Positions 1-40,400 of a DNA stretch of 64,000 bases are shown in pieces (positions within the stretch are counted from its first letter, which is position 1; each line of letters opens with the position of its first letter). A model generated the notes under the pieces. It was not told where the DNA came from and ran no database searches. It saw nothing but the letters and a program-made list of their open reading frames with translations. Source of the stretch: Chrysomallon squamiferum (taxonomy: Eukaryota > Animalia > Mollusca); NCBI GenBank assembly GCA_012295275.1, contig CM022676.1:17236001-17300000 (forward strand), given 5' to 3'. A program made the translations under genes and the position numbers.

Positions 1-2778
1 TTTCGTTTTCATAATTCGTTAATTTATAACGATCGTTCAAACAAAAAATTATCTCGCATACATACGGCCTGCAAACTTAAATTAAAAGGGTGAATAAATC
101 ATACTAATTAAATAAATACATTAATCAATAATTTAAAAATCGTATTAATCAACATATATCTCTCGCTTAGGATATATCGGCATACAGACTGCTGAAAACA
201 CTTTCTTTTACTTTTCTTTATTCAATTTTATTTTTATTTATTTTTAAATCATATTATTTTCATCACATTTTTTTTCATTTTGTTCAATTTCTTTTTGTTC
301 ATCTTTTTGTTCTACAGTTAAGTGAATTATTTAAAGTTTTCTCTCTCAGTTCACGTTAATAATTACGTTCATTGCTGATTGCACTTTATTTAAACAACCG
401 CATACACAAGTCTGCCTATTATGCATTCCTGGTGCCATCTACTGTTCCTTCAGGAATTGAAACTTTATATTTAGACTAATTTGTTCGCTAAATTCTGTCT
501 GCTTGATGGGCAAATCGAGAATGTTTGTAATTTATATTAAAATAAATATTATCGACTATAGATATAACAAATTAAATTTTAAAGAAAGATAAAAAATAAG
601 AAATCGTACTTAGAAACGGAAGAGATAAGTTTGTCTCTGTCAAACGCAAATAGTTTAATTTAGATGCTGATTCCTATCATTATATTCATAACATGTTGAC
701 TAAATTTAAAATTGTAATCGGAAAGCTAACTTAATCCATCTGTGCACATTGTGGGATTATTCTAGATGTAACTGTTTCACAATTCGTAAAACAGACGTTT
801 GACATATTAAAATGCATGAACTGTTCGTTCATGATAAACAACTAATACGGGTGTATACTTGTGTAAAACATTTTTGAAGTTTCTTTAAATACTGAGCAAA
901 AGTGATATTTTAAATGTTTGTTATATTTTACAGGGAAATATTCATTTAGTACTTAAAGGTTTCAGTGATGTGTACAGATATGACTACTGGAGATTAACGT
1001 TAATTATTTGCAGGTTCGTCTTTTTTCTTGTTTTATGTTTCAGAACATTGCGTAAAAATAATCTTAAAATATAGTTTTTGTTTTTCAAACATATCATAGA
1101 GTTCAGACGATATTCACATGACGTGCATAGGAAGATAAGAGAACAAATCAGTGGTTGTTTGTTATGTACACGACACACACAAACGTGTATCCGGGTGTTA
1201 TTTACGACGATCTGAACAGTTTGTTTGGTAACCGCAGACCTGTTTCAAAGCTTTTAGCAGATAAAATGGATCGTATGACATGTGAAATAAAACGTACTGT
1301 TATTAAGAATAGTGAAGAAAAATATTCGTTATGGTCTGTCTGTTTACTTTAGCTAACTCTATTTACTTGTCTCTCTGTCTGTTTGTGTATTCAAGAGTTT
1401 GACGTTACATATACTTCAAAAACGCAAGCTAAAATATCCGTGGATACATATGTGTCTAAACGTGATTGCAGAGAGTTTGCATGTGTGCGTTTGTGGCTAA
1501 TTCTGTCAACAATGATTTGTATATTTGGGTGTTTAGTTAAAGATATTTTGATCAGAACATCTACACTGATTCAGTTATTTCGATAAATTCTTCAGCGAAT
1601 GAATATCTTTAGCGTTTTCAATATAGTACATGGAGAAATTACTAGATCGGTACTAGTAAAAAATCACATTGTATGTGATTTTTCAACGCAGGCATATTCT
1701 GAAGCTGTTATGAACATTCGTTAAACATTAAACAATGAAATCCCTTTTAGTATAATCCTATATGTTGACTTATAATGAAAAAATATATTTCTAAATGATT
1801 ATTGTATTTATGAATGGATATGAAATATATCTAGAAATTCTTCATCCCTACAGTATAGTTCAGATTTTTTTATTTCATTTTTTCATAACACTTTCATTTG
1901 TTTTCTGACAAGGTGATGCTCTTTCACTTCTAAAGCTCATGCTACAGATTGACTGCTACTAATAAACATGTAACAGTTATTGTGTGACTTCGGGATTCCT
2001 GTTCATAATCTTTGTGGGAAGAATCTGTAAATCAAAAAGCAGTCTTCACTTCTCTCCTAGTCATTCGCCATCTTTAAACACCTCATGACATTTTACCCAC
2101 TATTCTGAAGTTTATTCCCTTTGTTAATTTTCTTGGCTATTTCCGAAATATTAATTCTGGTTGAAACGGCAACATGCTCAACAAAGAAGTGTGATACTTA
2201 ACTCTTTCCTAGAGAGGTTAAGCTAATTCATGATGGGAATTACGAAGCTACGGAAATTATTATTATACACCAGTAAATATTTGATCTCTTCAGAATCATT
2301 CTGAATGTCTGTAGGTTAAGTCATCATATCCACTTGATGATGCATTGACACGTTTTGCCATCACAGCAGTTCACCATATTCTACTTCGTTTATGTTAGAG
2401 GAATAAAAGTAACTTGAGTCACACATAATTATGTAACAGTATTTTACTTATACTTGGTTTCCAGTCTGAATTGTATCCATATTTCACCATTTATTTGTAC
2501 AAACTAAAGATGTCAGAAAGTTATGTAATAAGGTTAGTTCGGTTATTACATGTCCTTCATGCACATGTTTTTGATGAACCTTGAAGTCACTTGTATCTCT
2601 GTAAGATGAAATAGATTTGGACACGTGTCGATCTCTTACACAGGGCCAAATTGTCAGGTACCCGTCTAGCAATCAGATTAGTTGAAATGAGATGAAAGCC
2701 TTCTGAATGCTGATACCAGATAATTGTTTTACTGGTGGACCAGGAAAAATGAAATCAAACAATTTCGTAGAATGAAGA

Positions 2779-2978
2779 NNNNNNNNNNNNNNNNNNNNNN
2801 NNNNNNNNNNNNNNNNNNNNNNNNNNNNNNNNNNNNNNNNNNNNNNNNNNNNNNNNNNNNNNNNNNNNNNNNNNNNNNNNNNNNNNNNNNNNNNNNNNNN
2901 NNNNNNNNNNNNNNNNNNNNNNNNNNNNNNNNNNNNNNNNNNNNNNNNNNNNNNNNNNNNNNNNNNNNNNNNNNNNNN
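2779..2978. other. Scaffold gap (200 N)
   Basis: Run of N. It may hide the 5' exons or further SRCR units of the receptor gene. Confidence 0.99.
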
Positions 2979-3182
2979 CGTTATAGTTCACAACAGAATC
3001 AATGGAAGTTTCCGTTGTTAAAAGATAACAGTTGTCGAACAGAAATAAAATAATAATTGCTTATAATTAAAAGCAGAAATACAAAAGATATGGAAATGAA
3101 AATTATCATATTTCATGTTTTCTTTCTGAAGAAATTGTATATTATAATTGACTTATCATATATAAATCTGTTATTATTTCAG

Positions 3183-31060
<27,878 letters not shown>

Positions 31061-33219
31061 GATATCTTTTTATTACTCTGTTTACTTAAAACATCGAAAC
31101 AATCTATTTTATTACCATTATCACACACAGAGGCACACACACACACGCGCGCGCACACACGCATACATACACACACACACACTTATACACACATATATGC
31201 ATATATATGAACAAATTATATGACACTTACTCACCATTATTGAATTTTATTATTCTCGAAAGCTAGTTAAATATGTATTTTTTTCTTTTCATACAAAAAA
31301 GTATTTAGAGACATTTGCTTTTAATGTGGGTTTGATATTTGTGTTTTATTTACATCAAGACAATATATGTAATATATAGTGTAGGTTAGTATAATATTAT
31401 ATTTGTTACAATTACAGTGTAATAACATTGTGACTAACTGTGTATAGTAATGTAGGTTAGTATAATATTTTCTGTGATATTAAAATTGTGTATAGTATGA
31501 TTCTAATTAAAATAGAGCTAATAAAATTGTGATTAAGTGTGTCTAGTTAGATTCTTGTTAAACAATGTATTTAACAATATAGCATAATTATAAATGCACA
31601 ACGATATTCATCTCCAAATTTGTCAAGATTAAAAATATAACATTTTCTCTTTTTTCTTATAATACTAAATCAGTTTTAACAGCAGGTTTAACACTAGAGT
31701 TCTAATTTGACATAACACATGCACATGCGCTTGAACATCTCTATTATCTAGATCGATTATTTTTGTATAATTTCCCTTTTTAGTGATGTATGTTAAAGTG
31801 TTTTACTAACATGAGCTATAACGTACAAAAAGCGCAAACTAACGGATAATTACAACACTCTTGCTAATAGAGGGATGTGTTCCAGAAATTTCTAGATTTT
31901 TTTACCCTTTTAACTTCGCGGTATTTTTGTAATCCATCATGATTTTGAATAATTAAATAATTAATCAGTGGAAAATGTACTGTTGTTTTTTTGCTGAAAT
32001 TCTTGATTCTACTTTGTCGTTCTATTCGCGCTATTTTTAGACTGTCGCACTTAAATGCATCGCTTCAAAGTAGGTCGCAGTTTTGTTCTTAGCTCTCAAA
32101 ATGTCATAGCAAACAGTTACCCAATTTCATGTGGAGTGTTACTATTAAATATATATGTGTAAAACCTCGTAACTTCGCAACTATAGTTATTTCTTCGGCT
32201 GAAAAAGGCTTGTAGAATCTGTGATTAATGGTTTCTTGGCTTTGAGTGTGCAATTCTTCTTTTGTTGTCACGTGATTAGGCACAGATTGATTAACATTGT
32301 CATTAAAAAGCAACAACCTTCTTAAACAAATAATCAAACGAACTTCGAAACTTTAAGTGAACTGTCTAACACAACTTTGAAATTGTGTGTTATGTTCTTT
32401 TGCATCAACACATTTTTAAATTTATTTATTTATTATTTATTTATTTATATATTTATTATTTATTTATTTATAAAAAGATAACAAAAAAAACAACAACAAA
32501 ACAGTGGATACTTAATAACATTCAGCGATGATGTTATTGGTGATATTATCAATCGGTGCAGTTTCTGTCAAACAATCGGTGAACGCGACTAAGAAGGGTT
32601 TGATATTTATTATCACTCAACATGGTATCATATACTTCTTTGCATGTGAGCTAAAAAAAAAGCAATTTTTATTACTATTATTATTATTATTATTTTAACT
32701 TTAAATGTCATACCAGTACTTTATGTACATTGTGAAAATCTATTAAATGGATTTGAGCAAGAACACTGTAATGTTTTGAATCTAAAATGTACATACTGAT
32801 GACGTCGTATCCAGAACATTTTCCCTTGGGACAAATATACATCACCTGTTACCGTTTTTCCCCATTTGAACACATACACACCAACACATATCCTGTTTTC
32901 ATACACATATTCATAAATATAGATAATATTCTTCTTCTTCTTCTTTTTTTTTCAAAAATGTGTTTGTTTATAGGTAAAACTTCAGCGAGTGGACCAGCTA
33001 AACTTTTCTTGGTTAATTTGGATATTTTCGCTGGTTTCTTAATTTTAATCTTCACACACCAACATCAGCTGTAGATGTCAGAATGTAAGAGAGAACAATA
33101 TAAAACTTACTTTTGTTTTTCGAAATATACAGTGAAAGTTCAAAGACATTTCATTCTAAAGAGGCATGATAAATTTAAAAAAACTAAAAATTAAAAATAT
33201 GATTTTAAATGTGTAATAT

Positions 33220-34744
33220 AGGTTTAAACAAAACATAGTATTAGAAATAATTATACAGTGTAATTAGAAATAAACAATGAAACTAGAAAAAAAACATCAA
33301 CATTTTATTGTAAATAGAGAGACTATAACTGTGGATAAACCACATAATTAGCAATATACAATATAACTAAACAAAAACGTATTGTTAGAAATATACAGCG
33401 TAACTTTAAACATGAACTTTTTCCACTGAAAATATACGCTCCGTATAAAATAAGAAACTTTTAGAATAGATATAGTTAAAATTTAAACAAAAAACATATA
33501 TCTGGAAATAAAAACGTTCATTTAGAAATATACAGTTGAGCTTTTAACGGAAATGTATTATTATCAATAAACCATCTAACTTTAAACAAAACTGTTTTAC
33601 TGGAAACATACAGCGTAAAGTGTGTTAATATAATTATACAGTGTAATTTTAAACAGAATCGTGTTAGAAATATACAATGTAACAAAACAAAACTTTTTTT
33701 ATTACAAATTATACACGTTAATTTTAAAGGAAAACGTATTATTAGGAAATATAGAGTGGAATTTTTAACAAAAACGTCTTATTACGAATATATATGGAGT
33801 AATTTTAAACAAAAACGTATTGTTAGAACATATACAGGGTAACTTTAAATAAAAATGTATTATTAGAAAACATACTGGATAACTTTATACAAAACGCAGA
33901 TTATTGGAAGATATGCAGGGTAACTTTAACTAAACAGGTACTAATAGAAATGCAGTGAATTTTTAAACAAAAACGTATTATTAAAACAAATACAGGACAA
34001 CATTAAACAAAAACGTATACTTAGAAATATACAGAGAAACTTTAAACAAAGACGTATTATTAGGAAACATAGAGATAACCTTAAAAAAAACGTATTATCA
34101 GAACATATACAGTGTAACATTAAACACAAACGTATTAATAGAAATAAGCAGTGTAAATTTAAACAAAAACACATTATTATAAATATACAGAGAAACTTTA
34201 AACAAAAACGTATTTTTATAAACATACAATGAAACTTTAAACCAAAACGTATTATTAGAAAATATGCAGAGTAACTTTAAACAAAACACATTATTAGAAA
34301 TACACAGTGACACTTTAAACAAAAACGTATTATTAGAAATATAGAATTAAACTTTAAACAAAAACGTATTATTAGAAAATAAGCAATGCATATTTTAACA
34401 AAAACACATCATTAGAAAATATGCAGTTTAACTTCAAACAAAAAAGGTATTACTGGAAAATATACAGGATGATTTTAAACAAAACACATATTATTAGAAA
34501 ATATACTGTTGTTTTTTTGCTGAAAAGGTATTAATAGAAATATACAGTCAAACTTTTAAAAAGTGTCTTATTCGGAATATGCAGTGTAAGATTAATTGAA
34601 GTATTATTAGATATATACAATGAAATTTAAAACAAAAAATGTTTTTTCTGTCTTTATCAGAAACGTATAATTAGAATTAAAAAATGTAACATTAATATGT
34701 TTATATCTGTAGACATATTATTATTATCATCATCTTCATCATCA

Positions 34745-34778
<34 letters not shown>

Positions 34779-35420
34779 TACTACTAATATGCAACGTAAC
34801 TTAAAACAAAATCGTATTACTAAAACTATGCAGCAATAATCTATCAAAAATGTGTTATCAGATATATACTGTTTAACTATAAACAATAATATGTTACTAG
34901 AAATATACAGTGCAATTTTAAACAAAAATGTTTTAGAAATATACACAGTAACCTTAAACAAGAACATGTTTTCAAAAAATATGCACTGTATCTTTAAAAA
35001 AAAAAGTATTATTAGAAAAATGCTGTGTTACTTTATTCAAAAGTATTAGAAATATACAGTACAACTTTAAACAACAAAGAAACAAAACAAATCCGTATTA
35101 ATAGAAATATGCAGTGTAACATTATAAAAAATGTGTTGTAAGAAATATGCAAAGTACGTTTAAAAAAAAATTAATTATGAGAGATATACAGGGTAACTTT
35201 AAACAAAAATGTGGTGTAAGAAATATATTGTGTAACTTTAAAGAAAAAAGTATTATTAGAAATATACAGTGTAACTTTTAACAGAAAGGTTATATCAGAA
35301 ATAACCATTATAATTTTAAACAGAAACTTAGAAATGAAGAAATGCAGTGCATTTTAATCAAAACGTAGATATTAAATATGAAGCGCATCTTCAAATGAAA
35401 AGCATATTATTAGAAATAAT
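33220..35420. repeat. Degenerate ~39-40 bp AT-rich minisatellite
   Basis: Approximate consensus AAACAAAAACGTATTATTAGAAATATACAGTGTAACTTT; CTTTAAA recurs at 34196, 34235, 34275, 34313. Confidence 0.88.
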
Positions 35421-35575
35421 GTGTTCATCGCCATCATCATCATCAGCAGCAGCAACTGTATGCACATCGTCGTCACTGACATCATCAAAATCGTCTGAAT
35501 CTTCTCCTCAGTTGCTGTGTCGTTCTTTTTGGTAGAAATTAACCAGGCTGAAATTTCAGTTTTCGGTTAAAATGT

Positions 35576-35590
35576 TTACTTTGAATAACT
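35576..35590 (-). CDS. Possible tiny terminal coding exon of ZNFX1-like copy a (SYSK*)
   Basis: Strong polypyrimidine acceptor at 35591-35592, paired with the donor at 35780-35781. It depends on the frame through the repeat exon. Confidence 0.3.
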   Translation of the reverse strand, partial: SYSK

Positions 35591-35781
35591 CTGTAAAATA
35601 AGAAATAAAAAAATCAAAATCAAAATAAGAAAAATAAAATTAGTCACTACTCTCACTGACTGAGAACCAAAAAGTAAATTATGGTGTTTGTGCGTACCTG
35701 TTTTACGTATAAATTTGTATATATTTAAAATAATACGTATATATGTAGTATGAAAATATCAAAAGAAATCGAGGTTAGTAC

Positions 35782-37189
35782 CTGATAATTATGTTTATTT
35801 GTTGTCTTTATTCTCTTTTTTTCCGTGCTGATTTGTCGACTATTTGCTATGCCAGTGTGAAATGTCTTTTTTCTTTTCCTTGTCACAATGTCGTGTGCTT
35901 TAGGAGAATTGAATCTGGAGACACTGTCTGATTTTTCTTGGATATAATCCCTGTCTGTAGGTGTGGTCTTCGATAAATAAAGTTCTGGTTTAATTTTCGA
36001 ATAATCCTTGAATTTCTCTCGTCCTCGATAATCAGGTGAGATCCCGTCTTTGGTTAAAATAAATTTGGGTTTAATCCATCTGGGATAATCTTTGAATCGC
36101 CCTTCTCCTCGATAATCTCTGTCTGACCCATCTGTTAGTATCTCTGTCTGACATCCATCTGTTATTATCTCTGTCTGACGTCCATCTGTTAGTATCTCTG
36201 TCTGACATCCATCTGTTAGTATCTCTGTTTGTCGCATCTGTTTTTCTGTTGTTTCCATCTGTCTGACTCTCTACTGTGTTAGTATCTCTGTCTGACGTCC
36301 ATCTGTTAGTATCTCTGTCTGACATCCATCTGTTAGTATCTCTGTCTGACATCCATCTGTTAGTATCTCTGTTTGACGTGCATTTCTTTTTCTCTGTCTG
36401 ACGCATCTGTTAGTATCTGTGTCTGACGTCCATCTGTTAGTATCTCTGTCTGACATCCATCTGTTAGTATCTCTGTCTGACATCCATCTGTTAGTATCTC
36501 TGTCTGACATCCATCTGTTAGTATCTCTGTCTGACGTCCATCTGTTAGTATCTCTGTCTGACATCCATCTGTTAGTATCTCTGTTTGTCGCCCTTTTCTT
36601 AGTTTTCTGTCTGACATCCATCTGTTAGTATCTCTGTCTGACGTCCATCTGTTAGTATCTCTGTCTGACGTCCATCTGTTAGTATCTCTGTCTGACATCC
36701 ATCTGTTAGTATCTCTGTCTGACGTCCATCTGTTAGTATCTCTGTCTGACGTCCATCTGTTAGTATCTCTGTCTGACGTGCATCTGTTAGTATTTGTGTC
36801 TGACATCCATCTGTTAGTATCTCTGTCTGACGTCCATCTGTTAGTATCTCTGTCTGACATCCATCTGTTAGTATCTCTGTCTGACGTCCATCTGTTAGTA
36901 TCTTTGTCTGTCGCCCTTTTCTTAGTTTCTCTGTCTGACGCTCTACTGTTAGAATCTGTGTCTTTCGCCTTTCTTTTAGCATCTCTGTGTGATGCTCTAC
37001 TGTTAGTATTCCTATCTGGCAAAGTTCTGTTAGTATCTCGATCCGAAGCCACATTGTTAGTATTTCCATCTGACGCTTTATTGTTAGCATCTCTTTTGGA
37101 CGTCATTTCGGAGGACGTCACAATTTTTGTTCTACTGGAACAGATTTCGCATTCTGCATTGTTCCCAAAATAGTCAAAATAAATATGAC
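35782..37189 (-). CDS. ZNFX1: ZNFX1-like copy a, downstream exon: remainder of a degenerate RZ-type zinc finger plus 9-aa tandem-repeat tail (indels present; first stop in the entry frame at 36360)
   Basis: Acceptor ttttgttttag at 37190, phase 1, joining WLKCQA|GHIYFDYFGNNAECEIC and then (SDRDTNRW[T/M])n. Confidence 0.7.
36115..37090. repeat. 27-bp coding minisatellite
   Basis: Unit TCTGTCTGAC[A/G]TCCATCTGTTAGTATC, roughly 30 copies with variants and indels. Confidence 0.95.
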
Positions 37190-37402
37190 CTAAAACAAAA
37201 ATGTGATTGTAGAATTGTCATTTTTGACAAGGTGTGAATCAGTAAAAAACAAGATACATAAATGTAATAATTTAATAAGAAATACAAAATATTTCGATAT
37301 TACTAAAATATCATTTGACTTTGTTTTAGATATGTAAATTTAGAGACAGACATTTATAAGTTCTTAATTAAAAACAGAGATATACAAATACAGTGTTCTC
37401 AC

Positions 37403-40400
37403 CTGCTTGACATTTCAGCCAGCCTTCCGTACTGAAATTCATGGTAATTTTCTCTGTGGAGATGTAACGAAGAGATATTTCACTTGAAGGAAGGAAAGGA
37501 GCCCGAGATTTAACTATTTCTTGACGTTCTGGAGTAAAGGCATTTCCATCCATAGCGAACTTTTTAATTACTTCAGTAACATCATTTGTGTTGTCTGTGA
37601 TTTTCTGTGACTCGTTGGCGTCGTCTAAAGCTGATTTTAGATCGATTAACAGTTTCAGTCTTTTCGTTTCATTGTCTGCATCGAATTCCTCCTGCTTCGT
37701 AAATATTCTTCTGTGCTTTGATATCCATGTCTGGAAACGATCCACGTCTTTATCATGTTCACTGATCCCCATCTTACGAAAATATGTTTTAAACGTACGA
37801 CAGTTATTGTTAAGAGCCAAAAGCTTCTCACTTTGTATTTCGTAACAGTCTTTTCTTTCCTGCTTTATTAATTCATGCTTGATATAATCTACGTCCACTA
37901 AAGTCTCATTGATGACGTCTCTATATCTTCCACTATGTCTAATGAGCACGTTACAGCGTGGACAACGTTTCAACTGGATTCTGTTGGATTTCGACTCCAT
38001 CAGCTCGTCTAGAGCTTGCACCTCAAAGATATGTCCGCAGTCTTCGAGCTGCACAAACAGAGAGTAATTTCGTTTATCAGCCTGTAAAGCTTTCACTTCA
38101 TCCCTGTTACAGACTCGACAAAGATCAGGACACTTTTCTCCTACCAGACCAATGCATCTGTGCTGACACGACAGCTTCTTCATGCACCGCTTGTTGGAGC
38201 GTGGCGCATTCCACACATCACATCGTCTACCAACGTAGCTTCCTTTGTAGCTGATGACGCAGTTTTCACGGCACATTGTACAGCGGTCACCACATGACCT
38301 TTCACAGGACAGATGGATACAGCTGTTCTCACACGGCAGAGGACAAAGTGGACACGTAGAACAGTCACTGACACATTCGTGTCCACACAGCAGACGTTTC
38401 CTGCATTTCTCCTTGCAAGCAACGTGAAGTCGACCTTGAACACATTCGTGACAACTACCACGACAAATATGACCACATTTCAAAACGGCGCCACACTTTA
38501 CATTACAAATTGCATTGTCTCGTTCATGACAAACCACTTCGATTTCATGACCACATTTCAAAACGGTTCTGCATTTCACATTACAAATGGCGTTGTCTCG
38601 TTCATGACAAACCACTTCAATTTCATGACCACATTTTAAAACGGTCAGGCATTTCGCATTACAAACAGCGCTGTCTTGTTCGTGACAAACCACCTCAATT
38701 TCGTGCCCGCAGTACAAACCAACATGCCTTACTAGCTGCATGCACTTGATTGTACTTGCATCGGCAGAGCAAGGAATTTCTTGTTTGTGTCCACACGCTG
38801 GTATCACCTTGGTCACGGAAACGACACACTCTCTGCACTTTGCAAAACAGAGAAGCGGACATTTATGTTGAAATTCACACAAAATTCTTTCACACGGTTT
38901 CTGACATTTATATTCGAGATGACGTGGATCAACTGGATGACACGGCAGTTCACACACGTGACCACAGTTCAGTCTGTACGTGCACTGCTTTCTGCAGCCT
39001 CCTTCAGGAACCAAACTGAAATCTTCTGCTTTCGCAGCTTTTACTCCTTCGTGATTGACGTGGTTTCGACAATAAAGACCAAGAGCATTTCCCAGCTGGT
39101 CGGTCGATTTCAAATCGTCAATAATAGTTTCCCATAATTTACTGTGTTGACCGAGCAGGGTAAAGTTTCCTATCACGTAAAGTCCCATTCTAGCTCTGGA
39201 AAGAGCTACACACACTCGGTTGTCTGTTTTCAGAAAGCCAATACTCCCCTCCAGATTGCTGCGTACCAAAGACAGCAGTATGATGTCATTCTCCTCTCCT
39301 TGGTAATTGTCAACATCTGTGACAGTGACACCTACAAATATTTCGTCTTTCATATTCTTCTTCAGATAGACAACCTGAGCTGAATACGTAGTTAAGACTG
39401 TGATTTCCTTTGGATGATAACCTTGTTTCAAGAGGTAGCGACAGAGCGCTATAATATATTCCGCTTCAAATACGTTCAAATGACTCACGAGCTCGTCATT
39501 TTTTTCTTCATTTTCACAATGGTTTATGAAAAATACATTGCTACACACACCGAGGACATCCGGGTAATTCTCAACAGAAGGGTGATCTCTGAGATGAGGA
39601 TAGATGTGTTTCATGATTCTGGAAATACAGGGCCGCATTCTGTGCTGTTGCTCAAGACACACACACTCCAAGCCGTTGTTAACCATTCGTTCAAATAACG
39701 ATAACTCCAGGTTATATCGTTTTGCGAGTGCGTAAACAGTGGGACTTGGTCGCAGCTGCTGATGGTCTCCGATCAGAATCAGATGCTGACATCCTGAATT
39801 CAGTGATGCAATCACGTGGCCTTCCAGAACTTCTGCAGCTTCCTCAATGATGATGATTCTTGGTTTAATTTCTTCTAAAACCTTCTGATAACGAGCAGCA
39901 GCACTCGTTGTCATTCCTACCACAGAACATCTTCTCATCACTCTCTGGTCCGCGTCCTGCTTCGCCGTTCTGTATGTTTCTCCAGCAGCACTGACTCTTT
40001 CCTGCAGCTCTTCTATCTCTGACTCAGTTTGCTCTTTCAGATGTTGCACCCACAACCTGTAAAGACGCCACCGATTTCTGGGTGAGAGTGACCAGATATC
40101 TTCTACTGCGTCAGCTTCTCTTTCTGACATCCTCGACCGTGACTTCATGTTTGTGATCAAAACAGAACTTTCACTGTGTGCAATCTCTCTAAAAACCGTA
40201 TCGAAGTCAATGAGCAAAATGTCAGGGCGTGTGGGCAAAGGTTTGCAGTGTTTTCTGTTGTCTGCTCGATTTAAACATAGCTCGTACTGATCATCCTCAA
40301 ATTTTTCAAAACTGCCGTGGAACTTATCAAATTTTCTTCCTTTTATTGGAACAGGAATAGGTATGCCGAGCCATACAGGTAGAAACCAGTCATTATATAA

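Noticed and set aside
934-1013. Candidate signal-peptide exon for the receptor; also candidates at 15520-15940 and 49045-49092
   Set aside because: AG/GT-bounded, but no ATG-initiated hydrophobic peptide in the required phase 1.
1900-2778. Possible decayed LINE fragment (also 29200-29700)
   Set aside because: Composition looks coding-derived, but no diagnostic motif was recognisable by eye.
32849-33055. Lys-rich minus-strand ORF
   Set aside because: Short and composition-driven, with no supported splice connection.
36115-37090. 27-, 30- and 39-bp arrays as CRISPR-like repeats
   Set aside because: Head-to-tail units without unique spacers, a eukaryotic context and no cas genes.
39830-39860. 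Walker B reading EEAA instead of DEAx
   Set aside because: EEAA is the normal form in ZNFX1-family helicases.
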